A stretch of 62,684 bases of DNA, filler included, from an uncultured Planctomycetaceae bacterium (GTDB lineage: Bacteria > Planctomycetota > Planctomycetia > Planctomycetales > Planctomycetaceae): assembly GCA_963976765.1 (NCBI GenBank). It is 8 parts of 8 records of this genome, joined end to end, with 100 filler letters (N's around TTAATTAATTAA, not from the genome) between each part and the next. Parts side by side here need not be neighbours in the genome. Positions count along the whole stretch, not along the records: positions 19,374 to 27,768 come from CAXBME010000073.1; positions 27,869 to 36,113 come from CAXBME010000074.1; 6 more parts are not named here. The stretch is one strand, 5' to 3'. Below are positions 20,363 through 29,606 of the stretch, piece by piece. The stretch's first letter is position 1. Each line of letters starts with the position of its first letter. The position numbers and the translations under genes are program-made. A model generated the notes under the pieces. That model made no database searches, was not told the DNA's origin, and saw only the letters and a list, made by a program, of their open reading frames with translations.

Positions 20363-21304
20363 TCATCTGGCCGCTATGCCGCCTGACCGCCCGCCACTCT
20401 CCGTTCCCCGCTTTGCGTTCTCGCCGCTAAATGCAGTCGCATCGGCACATCGTCTTCCGCGGCACGAAGCGCCTGGGTAGAGAGTTGAGGTGTCGCCAAT
20501 GTGTTGGACGAGACTGGGAACGTGCTGAATGAACTGGCGTCCTGATGCATTGCACCAGTCGCTCACAACGACGTCCGTGTCCATCAGTCCTGAATTTGGA
20601 CCTGAGAATCGATGTCTGAGAACGCCATAATCTGAGATTAGGATTCGTGCTGATTCATTTGGAAAGACATAAGCGAGCGCGCCAAGTCGATCCAAAGGAG
20701 ATGAGACCTCTTGAAATCCGCCTTCACAGAGGCCAGATTCCCCAGACGAGCGGAACAGCGAAATCGTGCCTGTATGATCAGGCCAATAGTGCTTTTCCAG
20801 AAACTTGCGCAGCTTTGCAGAGTAGACGACGTCGTCTTCACAGATAAGATAGAAGTCTGCTTCGGGTGTGCGCAAAACAAGTTCGGTTAGCGCGAGATAC
20901 CAGTTTGAGAATGCTCCAAGGCGAGTCGTCCGTTGAACCCACCGTGTACTTGGTACTACCCTTGGGCATTTGACCTTGGGTTCTGCGAAGACAATTGGCT
21001 CCGTCCACCCGGCGTCTGACAGACTTTGGATGCTGACTTCCAGCGTTGGCTGTCTTCGTGGCGCTGTAATGACTCCGACGCACCAAATCCACGATTCTCG
21101 ACCGAGAGGGGACGTTGTGTATATAGAACTCGCCGCCTCTGAATTGATTGGAGCCTTTGAGGTCAAATTCGAGCAGCCACAACATACACACGCTGGCAGT
21201 GTCTCCTCGTGTGAAAACACTTTTGCGTGAGTGCACCGAATACGACACGGATCGACCCAGTCGCGGTAGATACATTGTGGCAGGCCTGTTTGCAAATCTG
21301 TCAT
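20363..21304 (-). CDS. Glycosyltransferase-like protein (GT-A fold) with Cys-rich N-terminus
   Basis: ICEDDV (DxD-like) and PSLVQHIG motifs. Confidence 0.65.
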   Translation of the reverse strand: MTDLQTGLPQCIYRDWVDPCRIRCTHAKVFSHEETLPACVCCGCSNLTSKAPINSEAASSIYTTSPLGRESWIWCVGVITAPRRQPTLEVSIQSLSDAGWTEPIVFAEPKVKCPRVVPSTRWVQRTTRLGAFSNWYLALTELVLRTPEADFYLICEDDVVYSAKLRKFLEKHYWPDHTGTISLFRSSGESGLCEGGFQEVSSPLDRLGALAYVFPNESARILISDYGVLRHRFSGPNSGLMDTDVVVSDWCNASGRQFIQHVPSLVQHIGDTSTLYPGASCRGRRCADATAFSGENAKRGTESGGRSGGIAAR

Positions 21305-21311
21305 CTCAGGC

Positions 21312-22409
21312 TCACTCCACCGGGGTGTTGGGAAAAAGAGGTAGGGGACGAATCGCTTCCCTTACAAGACGTGCAAAGCGGTGCGTTAAACGCCAGGGGT
21401 CGCACTCATCAAGAAGACGCTGGCGATTAATTTCCCGAAAGGACTCGAAATCGTCCCATCGTGAAAGAATCGATTCAACAATCGAATCGAGGTCACCAAA
21501 ATCAGGGCGACAGCAGATGTACGTCTCGCCGGCTCGGTACAGGTCTGGCCACGTGTCGATGAAGTCCGTGTAAGGCTTGACGAGAACACAACCGGCGAGG
21601 ATAGCCTCGGCGTCTCTGTGGCAGGCCGCCCCCCAGCCCCACGGAGAGACGCAGATTCGCGAACGCAGAAGCGACGCCCAGTACTGTTGCATAGAAAGCA
21701 GCGGTCCGGCATGACAGACGACCCGATGCCTGTCACGGAGTTGTCGAATTGACTCGACACATAGTCGCCGATGCTGTGTGACAAGTGGGCTTCTATACCT
21801 GGTTGTTCCGGCAAAGTGAACGTCTACATCGCGATGATGTTCAATGACTACTGGCTTCTGTCGAAGTGACTCCAGGCGACGGAACGCTCCATACCCAAAC
21901 GTAACTCGGATTCGATCAATCTGGTGAGGGTTCAGTGGCTTGAACGAGACACCCGGTTCTGCGGGAAACAGATCCGGACGGCATTCTCGAAACAGCGTAT
22001 TGTGGAAGCCGAGAGAAAATTCGCGTGAGTTGTATATTGCTCGAGGCCGATAGGCGTGCTGTACTGTTACTGCTGCTACCGTCGGGTGCACCAGTAACTG
22101 ACGTGTTCGGTTATAGAGTTGAGCCACGTCACTTACGGAATGAACGAGCAGCGGGCACGTATCGGACAACATCGAATCTGATACCTGATCTTCATGCACC
22201 CAAACAGCATCAACCGTTTTACTCTTGTCGGTAACGATTTCCACTCCAGCCGATCGAAGATTCGATCTGAGCGTCATCACCAACTGTGGTACCCAACCCT
22301 GCCATGAGCTCATCCGGCGTCCAGGGACAAATCCAAGTCTCAGCGTGGGATTTTCCCAGACTCCACTAACGTGAGTAAGCTGGTCACCTTGATGTGCCGT
22401 TGATTTCAT
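21312..22409 (-). CDS. Glycosyltransferase-like protein (GT-B C-terminal type); start uncertain
   Basis: SRICVSPWGWGAACHRDAEAILAGCVLVKP. Confidence 0.65.
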   Translation of the reverse strand: MKSTAHQGDQLTHVSGVWENPTLRLGFVPGRRMSSWQGWVPQLVMTLRSNLRSAGVEIVTDKSKTVDAVWVHEDQVSDSMLSDTCPLLVHSVSDVAQLYNRTRQLLVHPTVAAVTVQHAYRPRAIYNSREFSLGFHNTLFRECRPDLFPAEPGVSFKPLNPHQIDRIRVTFGYGAFRRLESLRQKPVVIEHHRDVDVHFAGTTRYRSPLVTQHRRLCVESIRQLRDRHRVVCHAGPLLSMQQYWASLLRSRICVSPWGWGAACHRDAEAILAGCVLVKPYTDFIDTWPDLYRAGETYICCRPDFGDLDSIVESILSRWDDFESFREINRQRLLDECDPWRLTHRFARLVREAIRPLPLFPNTPVE

Positions 22410-23100
22410 AGGCAGAGACCTTTCCGCAATGCTGAATGATCTTTCGGTCCATGAATGCGGTGCGGAAGCCACGCTTCAGGAACGCGTAACTGAAGCACCA
22501 CTCGTGAAACGGGCGAATGGGGTACGGCCCCGTGGCACGCACTGCCCGTGTTTCGTGTATCGAAGGGTTCAACGTAAATCCGGGCCAGGCTGGCATGCCG
22601 AACTTTCGGTCCAAGGTTTTTGCGTCTGATAAATACCGATGCAGGCAGAACCCGACTCCTGAGGGGGAAATCCGATGGCGTCCTCGAATCCAATTCAGGG
22701 ATACAGAGCGAATCGACGAGTTCGCCTTGAGTATGTCCAATGCATTGGAAATGTGGCATCCTGGCTCAAGGAGGAACCAATCATCTTCGTAATGCAGGAA
22801 ATAATCAGTTGTGACTTCCGAGATCAGACGAGAGAGAGACTGCGCATGCCCGGTATTCGAATTCCACAGAAATCTGAAGTGAGGAAATCTTCGTTCCATG
22901 ATATCTCGATCTCGATCGCTAGATGAGTCATCCGAGCAGACGAACTCAGTTAGAAGATCGTGATCGAGGCACTTCCCGTAAAACGAATCCATTGTCTTCA
23001 TGAACAGGTCAAGCCGGCGGCAAGTGGTGACGGTAAACGATATCGATGGATGTCGTTCCTGGCTCGCCTGAACGGAATGTAATGAATTCATTCCAATCAT
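22384..23100 (-). CDS. GT2-like glycosyltransferase
   Basis: TTCRRLDLF, CSDDSS, HYEDDW and FTLNPS motifs. Confidence 0.75.
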   Translation of the reverse strand: MIGMNSLHSVQASQERHPSISFTVTTCRRLDLFMKTMDSFYGKCLDHDLLTEFVCSDDSSSDRDRDIMERRFPHFRFLWNSNTGHAQSLSRLISEVTTDYFLHYEDDWFLLEPGCHISNALDILKANSSIRSVSLNWIRGRHRISPSGVGFCLHRYLSDAKTLDRKFGMPAWPGFTLNPSIHETRAVRATGPYPIRPFHEWCFSYAFLKRGFRTAFMDRKIIQHCGKVSAYEINGTSR

Positions 23101-26100
23101 GACCTGGCCCTGTTTTCAATAAGTGCCAACCCGAGCCTATCATCAGTTGGGATTCGAGATTCTGCAGTCCACAGGCGGACTACGTTGAATCCCTGCGTCT
23201 CTATGTGACTGATGGCCTGCGAAACGGTACCGTTCACATACCACGCATCGTGAATCAAAATGAGCCCTCCAGGACAGACGAGTTGACGGGCAAGGTCGAA
23301 CTCAGCAAGCACGTGATCGGCGTCATGCAGAGAGTCGAGCAGAACGGCATCATAAGTCTCGCCTTCCCGCAGTGCGGCTCGCATTCCGGCCAGAGAATCA
23401 ACCCTTCGCTCTTCAATACACCTTCGGGTACTTTCTGGAAATGACGACCAGAGAGTGTCTCTTTCTTCATGTCGGTATGGATCCATAGTAACCACCTTAC
23501 CATGTCTTCGGTCGCAAACGGCCGATGCCAGGCAGGCGGCCGATACACCGCGTGCCGTGCCAGTTTCCAGCACGTGTCGGCAGCCATTGCTGCGGATCAG
23601 ATAGAATAAACACGCAAATAGTGGCATTGTTTCCGGCTCGTCAATTCGCGCCCCCTGCGCGTCGGTGGTTCCGTAGAAAGACCAGGCCAGTGACCGCAGC
23701 CCAAACCTCGCAGCCCATATCTGTATCGTCCGAACAAATACCGAGTATTGATCACGTTGCCGCGATGTCGGCAAAGGGTGATTCTGACCGGAGAAACGCC
23801 CCTGCCACTCCGCATACTTGAGTTTTCCTTCCGCAGAGAAATGTACCACCGAAACCGGCATCGAGCGCCACATAGCCACTAGTCGAGCTCCGATGTCCTG
23901 AAACTCGACATCCTGCGCATGAAGCTGCAAATTGAATTTTCCGTCCAGTTCGATGGCACAGTCCAACTTTGCCAGAGCCAGATTGAAGATAAACTGATTC
24001 CGCCAGGAAATCCTGCGGCCCTCGTCAATCCATTCGGACGCTCCTGACATATTGCAAATAGCGTCGTCAAGATTCAGCAGAGCCTCACGGCATCCCGCGA
24101 ACAGTCCATCGTTAACTACGAGTGGATAGGACAATTCTCCATTGCATTCGCCCAACAGACGCTCGAAATCGGACCGGCGACCACCATACGCAGCATGTAA
24201 GACATGTTGCAGGTCGCGATACCGCTTGTCATTGGATTCGCGACACACAAGAATTCTGTCTGAAGGAATCGCCGACAACGTTTCGAAAACCGGAAGCAGA
24301 CTCTGCAATATGAGCATGTCAGCGTCCAGGCAGATGTACTGGTCAGCGTCAACTACTCGCGCAACAGAATACAGCAACGCTTTGATCCCCACGGTAACGC
24401 GACTGAGCACTCGGGTCTGAATGCATCTTGCGCCAAATCGTGCCGCGACTTCTCGGCATCGAGGAGAATCACCGAGCTCAAAAACCACAACCTCAGCGTC
24501 TCCACATTGGCCGTTGGTCCGCAGTGAGCCCAGCATGTCTTCGAGAAAACCGACGTAGCTGTCATTGGCAACGGTGGCAATGCATCGGTGTTTCGGACGC
24601 ATTGAGCTCAGCGGCACGTTTATATCGGTACGCTTCAGGCAGTCGATCACTGTGCGTCGTCGTCCGCGGACTCGAACCTGGGTAACAACAGGGTCAACCC
24701 ACAATGTGTGGCAGAATTCCCAAACATTGCACGTTGTTACCAATTCCAATTGAGTGAAGTTGCAGACGTCTGCACTTATCTCGACAAGCCCGTCTTCCGG
24801 TGTGATATTCTCGACCGCCGCAACTACGTTACCATCCGCTATGACGAAAAAGCTGGCGACCGGCAATCGATTTCCCTGGGACGCACTGTCGTTGAAGCCA
24901 ACGTGGGAGCGAACCTGAGAGCATTCCTCCGTGAGGAGAAAACGGATGCTCGACGGAGCGTGGGCGCTCAGTACGGTCTCACGCTGCGCACCACCAACAA
25001 CTACGCGAAGATCATCACACCCGAGTTCTCCATTCGTCCCGAGCGTGCCGTATCCAACGTGACTTTCCACTGGTTCCATACCGGAAAGGTGCCACTTAAC
25101 GGTGGACGTTTCCGTGGCATTCGCATCAGGAAAACTTGTGGCCAACGGTGCTCGTTGAGTTTGTGTGATTTGCTTGCCAGAACGAATGCGGGAGTAAATT
25201 TCCGATTCCACGATGGACTTCCGGAATTCGTCAGCTGACAGGCGTGAAAGTGGCAAATCTTTCAGATACCGATGGGCGGCAAGGACGAGTTCGATGTTTT
25301 CAGCTTTTTCTGCAGCTTCCGATAGGTTGTCAAAGTAAAGCGGGTATTCATCGCCGAGATACTCTTTGACGGCCGGAAGCGGATTCACAAGGATCGGTGT
25401 CGCACGCGCCATACATTCTATGATGGTGTTGTTGGCACTGCTGTCATACAAGTCGCACAGTACAATATTCCGGGATAGAAGCAGATCATACTCTTCGTGC
25501 TTTAGGAACGATATTCGCTCGACCATCGCCCTGGCCTCTGCGGCGACGTTGTGGCGATCAAGGTCCCGATTCAGGACAGTTGAAAAATAGGCATGGTCAA
25601 TCTCAAGCATGCATCGTCTGTATGACGGCGCATTCAGTCTGAAGATCGAGCTGATTCGCCGCAACCACCACCCGACGTGAACAATTCGACGCACGGGCTG
25701 CTCTAGAAATGCATCAGGACTGAAATTGAGTTCTGGTATCTCAGTCGGATGTGTCAGCGTTTCTACTGGTACGTTAACGCGTTCTGCGAGCCACTCCCGA
25801 AGGTACTCAGAAAGAACGTAGATCCCCTGGCAACACTTCAATGACTCGCGGAAAGTCGGCCGGGAAAGCAGTGTTTGGGGAGCGTTGGAGACATCATGCC
25901 ACTCAGGAACACCGGGAGGATTATGGAGGACACCAACCCACGGCTCCCTGTATGGTATGAGGCCCCGCCTTCGCTCGGACTGTTCACGCCAGCAAAATGT
26001 TCGTTCAATAAAACTGTCAAACAAGAGTCCTTGTCGACTATGTAAGGGCTTCAGTGCGTCGAGAGCAAACGCCCATCCCGAACGATGGAATGAAAAATCC

Positions 26101-26153
26101 GGCTGCCGGCTCGGGTCTATGTTCAGTAGTGCTGGTTCTGATATGGATGGCAT
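23097..26153 (-). CDS. Multidomain protein: GT-B-like N-terminus, NPCBM/NEW2-like module, GT8-like domain, class I SAM methyltransferase
   Basis: NNTIIECMARATP; VGYGTLG...SAHAPS...WVDP; CLDADML...VVHFS; VLETGTARG...LDSLH...PGGLILIHD. Confidence 0.75.
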   Translation of the reverse strand: MPSISEPALLNIDPSRQPDFSFHRSGWAFALDALKPLHSRQGLLFDSFIERTFCWREQSERRRGLIPYREPWVGVLHNPPGVPEWHDVSNAPQTLLSRPTFRESLKCCQGIYVLSEYLREWLAERVNVPVETLTHPTEIPELNFSPDAFLEQPVRRIVHVGWWLRRISSIFRLNAPSYRRCMLEIDHAYFSTVLNRDLDRHNVAAEARAMVERISFLKHEEYDLLLSRNIVLCDLYDSSANNTIIECMARATPILVNPLPAVKEYLGDEYPLYFDNLSEAAEKAENIELVLAAHRYLKDLPLSRLSADEFRKSIVESEIYSRIRSGKQITQTQRAPLATSFPDANATETSTVKWHLSGMEPVESHVGYGTLGTNGELGCDDLRVVVGGAQRETVLSAHAPSSIRFLLTEECSQVRSHVGFNDSASQGNRLPVASFFVIADGNVVAAVENITPEDGLVEISADVCNFTQLELVTTCNVWEFCHTLWVDPVVTQVRVRGRRRTVIDCLKRTDINVPLSSMRPKHRCIATVANDSYVGFLEDMLGSLRTNGQCGDAEVVVFELGDSPRCREVAARFGARCIQTRVLSRVTVGIKALLYSVARVVDADQYICLDADMLILQSLLPVFETLSAIPSDRILVCRESNDKRYRDLQHVLHAAYGGRRSDFERLLGECNGELSYPLVVNDGLFAGCREALLNLDDAICNMSGASEWIDEGRRISWRNQFIFNLALAKLDCAIELDGKFNLQLHAQDVEFQDIGARLVAMWRSMPVSVVHFSAEGKLKYAEWQGRFSGQNHPLPTSRQRDQYSVFVRTIQIWAARFGLRSLAWSFYGTTDAQGARIDEPETMPLFACLFYLIRSNGCRHVLETGTARGVSAACLASAVCDRRHGKVVTMDPYRHEERDTLWSSFPESTRRCIEERRVDSLAGMRAALREGETYDAVLLDSLHDADHVLAEFDLARQLVCPGGLILIHDAWYVNGTVSQAISHIETQGFNVVRLWTAESRIPTDDRLGLALIENRARS

Positions 26154-26222
26154 AACGCAGTGTTTCCGTGCAGCTTCCTGACAATCGCTGGTGAAATATG
26201 GCCGTAAACATGAATACCTCGA

Positions 26223-26975
26223 CTACCAATCGTCGTTTATCTCGTAGGCCAACACCTGCAAAAGGTCGCCGGCCTGATTTCGAAATTCATCTTTGACTCG
26301 TTGTGTAAAATGCTGTCTCCATTGGCCAGGTTGTCCTGATCGCGTGACCTGTCTGTTCTGAATGACTCCTGGTTTACGCCGGGCGATGGATTCGAAAGTG
26401 GAGTCGCTCGCTATTTTCAAGCTTATCTCTACCGCTTCATCGACGAACCCGTAATGGCGAAAAAGCGGCGCAAATGAATTAACGGGATCATCGAAGCAGG
26501 ATTCGTACTTCAGCTCCAGCGTGTTCGCATCGCTATAATCCCATTTTCGCATTTGTTTGAATACAAACGCAGAAACTAAGATTTCAGCGATAAGACCATC
26601 CTCGATGCTCAAAGAGTTTAGATACTGTTGGTAACTCAATCCGTTATACCTGTTCTGAGGCCGATGCACCCAATCTTCCTTAGTCCATAAATGGTAGAAG
26701 TAACCGGACACTACGACGTCGCGTGGATCGCGTATCATGTGCGATCCACGATACGCGGGCAGGAGAACCGTGTCGATTCGGCTCTGCTGATCGAACACGA
26801 TTCCAGATGCTGGAGTTGAAGACTCCTCACTGAATGGGATGAAGTTCAGTCCATACCGACGGGCAACGCCTGTGAGAATACGTCTGAGCCAATGTGTTCC
26901 ACATTTGTGATGACATGAATGAAACAGCAGTGGAGGGTTCTGCCCGTCACTGAATGGGAGCGGAAGTCTCGGCAT
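26223..26975 (-). CDS. Sulfotransferase
   Basis: HKCGTHW (5'-PSB), RDPRDVVVS (3'-PB), RSGQPGQW. Confidence 0.85.
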   Translation of the reverse strand: MPRLPLPFSDGQNPPLLFHSCHHKCGTHWLRRILTGVARRYGLNFIPFSEESSTPASGIVFDQQSRIDTVLLPAYRGSHMIRDPRDVVVSGYFYHLWTKEDWVHRPQNRYNGLSYQQYLNSLSIEDGLIAEILVSAFVFKQMRKWDYSDANTLELKYESCFDDPVNSFAPLFRHYGFVDEAVEISLKIASDSTFESIARRKPGVIQNRQVTRSGQPGQWRQHFTQRVKDEFRNQAGDLLQVLAYEINDDW

Positions 26976-27022
26976 TTACGTTCTCTCAGGCATTGACTGT
27001 TTTGGCGGGTTGTAAGCAAAGA

Positions 27023-27598
27023 CTAGTGGCCGGTGACGAATCCACTGAAAGCTGTAGCGTCCATCACACGCAACAAACGATGCTTCTCCCTTGCATAAGT
27101 GTGCCATGTGAGTTCCGGCAAATCAGTGAGGCGGTCTGAATTGGGCCGTACGAACAGAGCGCCCATTCCACAGCAGGCATCAAGGACTGCAATATCGAGA
27201 TCAGGTCGTGTCCTGAGGCGTGCTACGGCTTTCCAGACGTCTCCAAACCAGGCTCCCGTTGTTCGTTCTCGCTCCTGATGGACTTCCTTGCTCGGGAGAC
27301 AGTCGTGAATCAGGATGCAGCCCCCTTCGTTCAGGTACCGTAGAGAGTTCTCGACGTCGCGCAATACCTGTTCTTCGAGGTGAAGGCCGTCGACGAATAC
27401 CAAGTCAAATCTGTCCCGGTTGCTCTTGAAGAACTCATCGGACGTATTCCGGGTCGTGCCTCCCCTATTTGGATCGACGCCAGTTTTCGCGGCGGATGTA
27501 ACAGAAGTGAAGTTCTGATTGTTTCCACATCCGATCTCCAGATAGGCGGAATACGCAGCGTGATCGATAATCCCGTTGATCACCGCAGTACGCGTCAA
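27023..27598 (-). CDS. Class I SAM-dependent methyltransferase (Methyltransf_24-like)
   Basis: YLEIG, GVDP, DLVFVDGLH, GGCILIHD. Confidence 0.85.
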   Translation of the reverse strand: MTRTAVINGIIDHAAYSAYLEIGCGNNQNFTSVTSAAKTGVDPNRGGTTRNTSDEFFKSNRDRFDLVFVDGLHLEEQVLRDVENSLRYLNEGGCILIHDCLPSKEVHQERERTTGAWFGDVWKAVARLRTRPDLDIAVLDACCGMGALFVRPNSDRLTDLPELTWHTYAREKHRLLRVMDATAFSGFVTGH

Positions 27599-27868
27599 CG
27601 TTTGTCCGCTCCAAAGATGCTGTGATTTGTCACTGGTTGCTGGCGCCGAAGCATGGCGAATTCCCCGGACAAGCTGCAGGTTGAGTTCATCAACCTGCCG
27701 GATAAAAGGCTCTGGAGTTACTGTCAGAAGTCGTGGCGTGAGAGATTGGAGGAAGGTGGCGTATCCTGNNNNNNNNNNNNNNNNNNNNNNNNNNNNNNNN
27801 NNNNNNNNNNNNTTAATTAATTAANNNNNNNNNNNNNNNNNNNNNNNNNNNNNNNNNNNNNNNNNNNN

Positions 27869-27912
27869 GGCTTTGAACCACGTCGACGCGGGTTCGATTC
27901 CTGCACCCGCAA
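27869..27912 (+). tRNA. tRNA-Gln(TTG), 5' part lost in the gap
   Basis: Loop CTTTGAA; T-arm GCGGG-TTCGATT-CCTGC. Confidence 0.75.
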
Positions 27913-27941
27913 CTTCGATGACGACACCAACAGGACACCGA

Positions 27942-28012
27942 TGCGGGATCGTTCAATGGCAGGACGCGGCGCTCTGAACGCCGAAATGCTGGTTCGAGTC
28001 CAGCTCCCGCAA
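27942..28012 (+). tRNA. tRNA-Gln(CTG)
   Basis: Cloverleaf; CGGCG-CTCTGAA-CGCCG. Confidence 0.9.
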
Positions 28013-28042
28013 CTGCGGCACTGCCGCTTCGTATTTAACCAC

Positions 28043-28127
28043 GGAAGTCATCCGGCTGGATGAGGACCCGGTTTTGAAAACCGGCGCGGGTTTACACCCG
28101 TTGTGGGTTCGAGTCCCACGGCTTCCG
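28043..28127 (+). tRNA. tRNA-Ser(TGA)
   Basis: CCGGT-TTTGAAA-ACCGG; long variable arm; G73. Confidence 0.9.
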
Positions 28128-28141
28128 CTCAGCAGCAACAC

Positions 28142-28214
28142 GGTCCTGTGGCCTAGCGGCGAAGGCAGCTCCCTTACAAGGAGACGATCGGTGGTTCGAG
28201 TCCACCCAGGATCA
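28142..28214 (+). tRNA. tRNA-Val(TAC)
   Basis: CTCC-CTTACAA-GGAG. Confidence 0.9.
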
Positions 28215-28225
28215 CTTCGAATCTC

Positions 28226-28298
28226 GGCACCGTAGCCCAACGGCAGAGGCAGTCGTCTCAAAAGCGACGAAGTGTGAGTTCGAATCTCACCGGTGCTA
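28226..28298 (+). tRNA. tRNA-Leu(CAA), short variable region
   Basis: GTCGT-CTCAAAA-GCGAC; 73 nt. Confidence 0.85.
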
Positions 28299-28312
28299 TT
28301 CACGATCAACAT

Positions 28313-28387
28313 GCCCTCGCGGAGCAGCCAGGAGTGCTCGCCACCCTGTCACGGTGGAGATCGTCGGTTCAAATCCGATCGGGGGTG
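28313..28387 (+). tRNA. tRNA-Asp(GTC)
   Basis: CCACC-CTGTCAC-GGTGG; G73. Confidence 0.9.
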
Positions 28388-28412
28388 CTTTCAACAACGG
28401 CAGCAACATCTC

Positions 28413-28485
28413 GGCGTGGTAGCCCAACGGGAGAGGCAACCGGTTTAAGCCCGGTCCAGTGTGGGTTCGACTCCCACTCGCGCCA
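28413..28485 (+). tRNA. tRNA-Leu(TAA), short variable region
   Basis: ACCGG-TTTAAGC-CCGGT; 73 nt. Confidence 0.85.
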
Positions 28486-28512
28486 TCACGCGAAGCGGAA
28501 GACAGGACAAAC

Positions 28513-28583
28513 GGCCCATTCGTCTAGCGGCAGGACGTCAGGTTCTCAGCCTGGAGACGGGAGTTCAATTCTCCCATGGGTCA
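28513..28583 (+). tRNA. tRNA-Glu(CTC)
   Basis: TCAGG-TTCTCAG-CCTGG. Confidence 0.88.
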
Positions 28584-28599
28584 CTCGGTAGCAAGACAT

Positions 28600-28673
28600 G
28601 GCATCGTAGCCCAATTGGAAGAGGCGTCTGGCTTAGGACCAGAAGGTTGAGAGTTCGAATCTCTCCGGTGCTA
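28600..28673 (+). tRNA. tRNA-Leu(TAG), short variable region
   Basis: TCTGG-CTTAGGA-CCAGA; 74 nt. Confidence 0.85.
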
Positions 28674-28691
28674 CTCACACACGGAAATCAT

Positions 28692-28773
28692 GCGTCGGCT
28701 GGGCATTGGTGAGCCCACGTGGCTGTAACCCTCGCGCCGCAAGGCTGTGCAGGTTCAACTCCTGCCCGACGCA
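28692..28773 (+). tRNA. tRNA-Tyr(GTA)
   Basis: Loop CTGTAAC; variable arm GCC-GCAA-GGC. Confidence 0.87.
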
Positions 28774-28779
28774 CTCAAC

Positions 28780-28852
28780 GGTGGCGTAGTGTCAATGGCG
28801 AGCACGACGGATTGTCGATCCGTTAGAGCGGGTTCGAGTCCCGTCGTCACCG
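28780..28852 (+). tRNA. tRNA-Asp(GTC), second divergent copy
   Basis: ACGGA-TTGTCGA-TCCGT; G73. Confidence 0.82.
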
Positions 28853-28874
28853 CTGCGGCGTTGCGCCGCAATAT

Positions 28875-28956
28875 GACCAGGTGGTGGAATGGTAGACACG
28901 CGACGCTCAGAACGTCGTGCCCATGAGGCGTGGGAGTTCGAATCTCCCTCTGGTCA
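28875..28956 (+). tRNA. tRNA-Leu(CAG), normal long variable arm
   Basis: CGACG-CTCAGAA-CGTCG. Confidence 0.9.
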
Positions 28957-29021
28957 CTTCGATGAGATGAGATTCAGCGAACCAGTTGGCTGACCCAGGT
29001 CTCTGACTTCGACAACGACAT

Positions 29022-29091
29022 TGCAGGTGCGGCAGGTGCCCAGCTGGCTCTCATAAGGCCGGCCTCCCCGGCTCGATACCGGGACCTGCAA
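29022..29091 (+). tRNA. Atypical tRNA with CAT anticodon (Met/Ile2)
   Basis: TGCAGGT/ACCTGCA acceptor, mini D-arm, 7-bp anticodon stem around CTCATAA, T-loop CTCGATA. Confidence 0.7.
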
Positions 29092-29110
29092 CTTAGTGAC
29101 AACTCAACAT

Positions 29111-29178
29111 CGCGGGTGGGCGAGGCTCATCGGGGTTTCATAAGCCTCGACAGCCGGGTGCGACTCCCGGACCCGCTA
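29111..29178 (+). tRNA. Atypical initiator-like tRNA (CAT)
   Basis: CGCGGGT/ACCCGCT with a C1:U72 mismatch, mini D-arm, 7-bp anticodon stem around TTCATAA, T-loop TGCGACT. Confidence 0.7.
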
Positions 29179-29205
29179 CTTCCAACGACACGACTCCAAT
29201 CAAGC

Positions 29206-29281
29206 GGCCGGGTACGCAAACAGGCAAAGCGGCGAGGTCGAGAGCCTCGTGACTTTGTGAGTTCGACTCTCACCTCGGTCA
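29206..29281 (+). tRNA. tRNA-Leu(GAG), short variable region, C33
   Basis: CGAGG-TCGAGAG-CCTCG. Confidence 0.8.
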
Positions 29282-29342
29282 ATCAACTGAGTTCCGCCGA
29301 GCCGTGGCGAGGAGAAAGGAACGAAGGCGATAGGACAATCAC

Positions 29343-29414
29343 GACTCCGTGGTCCAACGGCGACGACACCTGCGTGACATGCAGGAGACGATGGTTCAAC
29401 TCCGTCCGGGGTCA
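29343..29414 (+). tRNA. tRNA-Val(GAC)
   Basis: CCTGC-GTGACAT-GCAGG. Confidence 0.85.
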
Positions 29415-29433
29415 CTTGAGCTGAAGTAAGAAT

Positions 29434-29504
29434 GGTCTGCAGGTGTTTCGGCGGCACACCGCTGTGGTAAGGCGGAAGGCCGGGTTCAATTCCCGGGCGG
29501 ACCT
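29434..29504 (+). tRNA. tRNA-Thr(GGT)
   Basis: CCGCT-GTGGTAA-GGCGG. Confidence 0.85.
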
Positions 29505-29523
29505 CTTGAAGAGAAGACGACAC

Positions 29524-29594
29524 GGGCTGCTCGTCCAATGGGAAGACGCCTGGCTTGCAACCAGGTAATCGGGGTTCGACTCCCCGGCGGTCCA
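29524..29594 (+). tRNA. tRNA-Ala(TGC)
   Basis: CCTGG-CTTGCAA-CCAGG; G3:U70 identity pair present. Confidence 0.92.
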
Positions 29595-29606
29595 CTGAGG
29601 TGAAAT

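Noticed and set aside
27708..27768. Possible IS termini at contig ends (GGCTCT... here; also 36060-36113 and 44286-44339)
   Set aside because: Only short single ends are visible, with no partner repeat or transposase, so no family can be supported.
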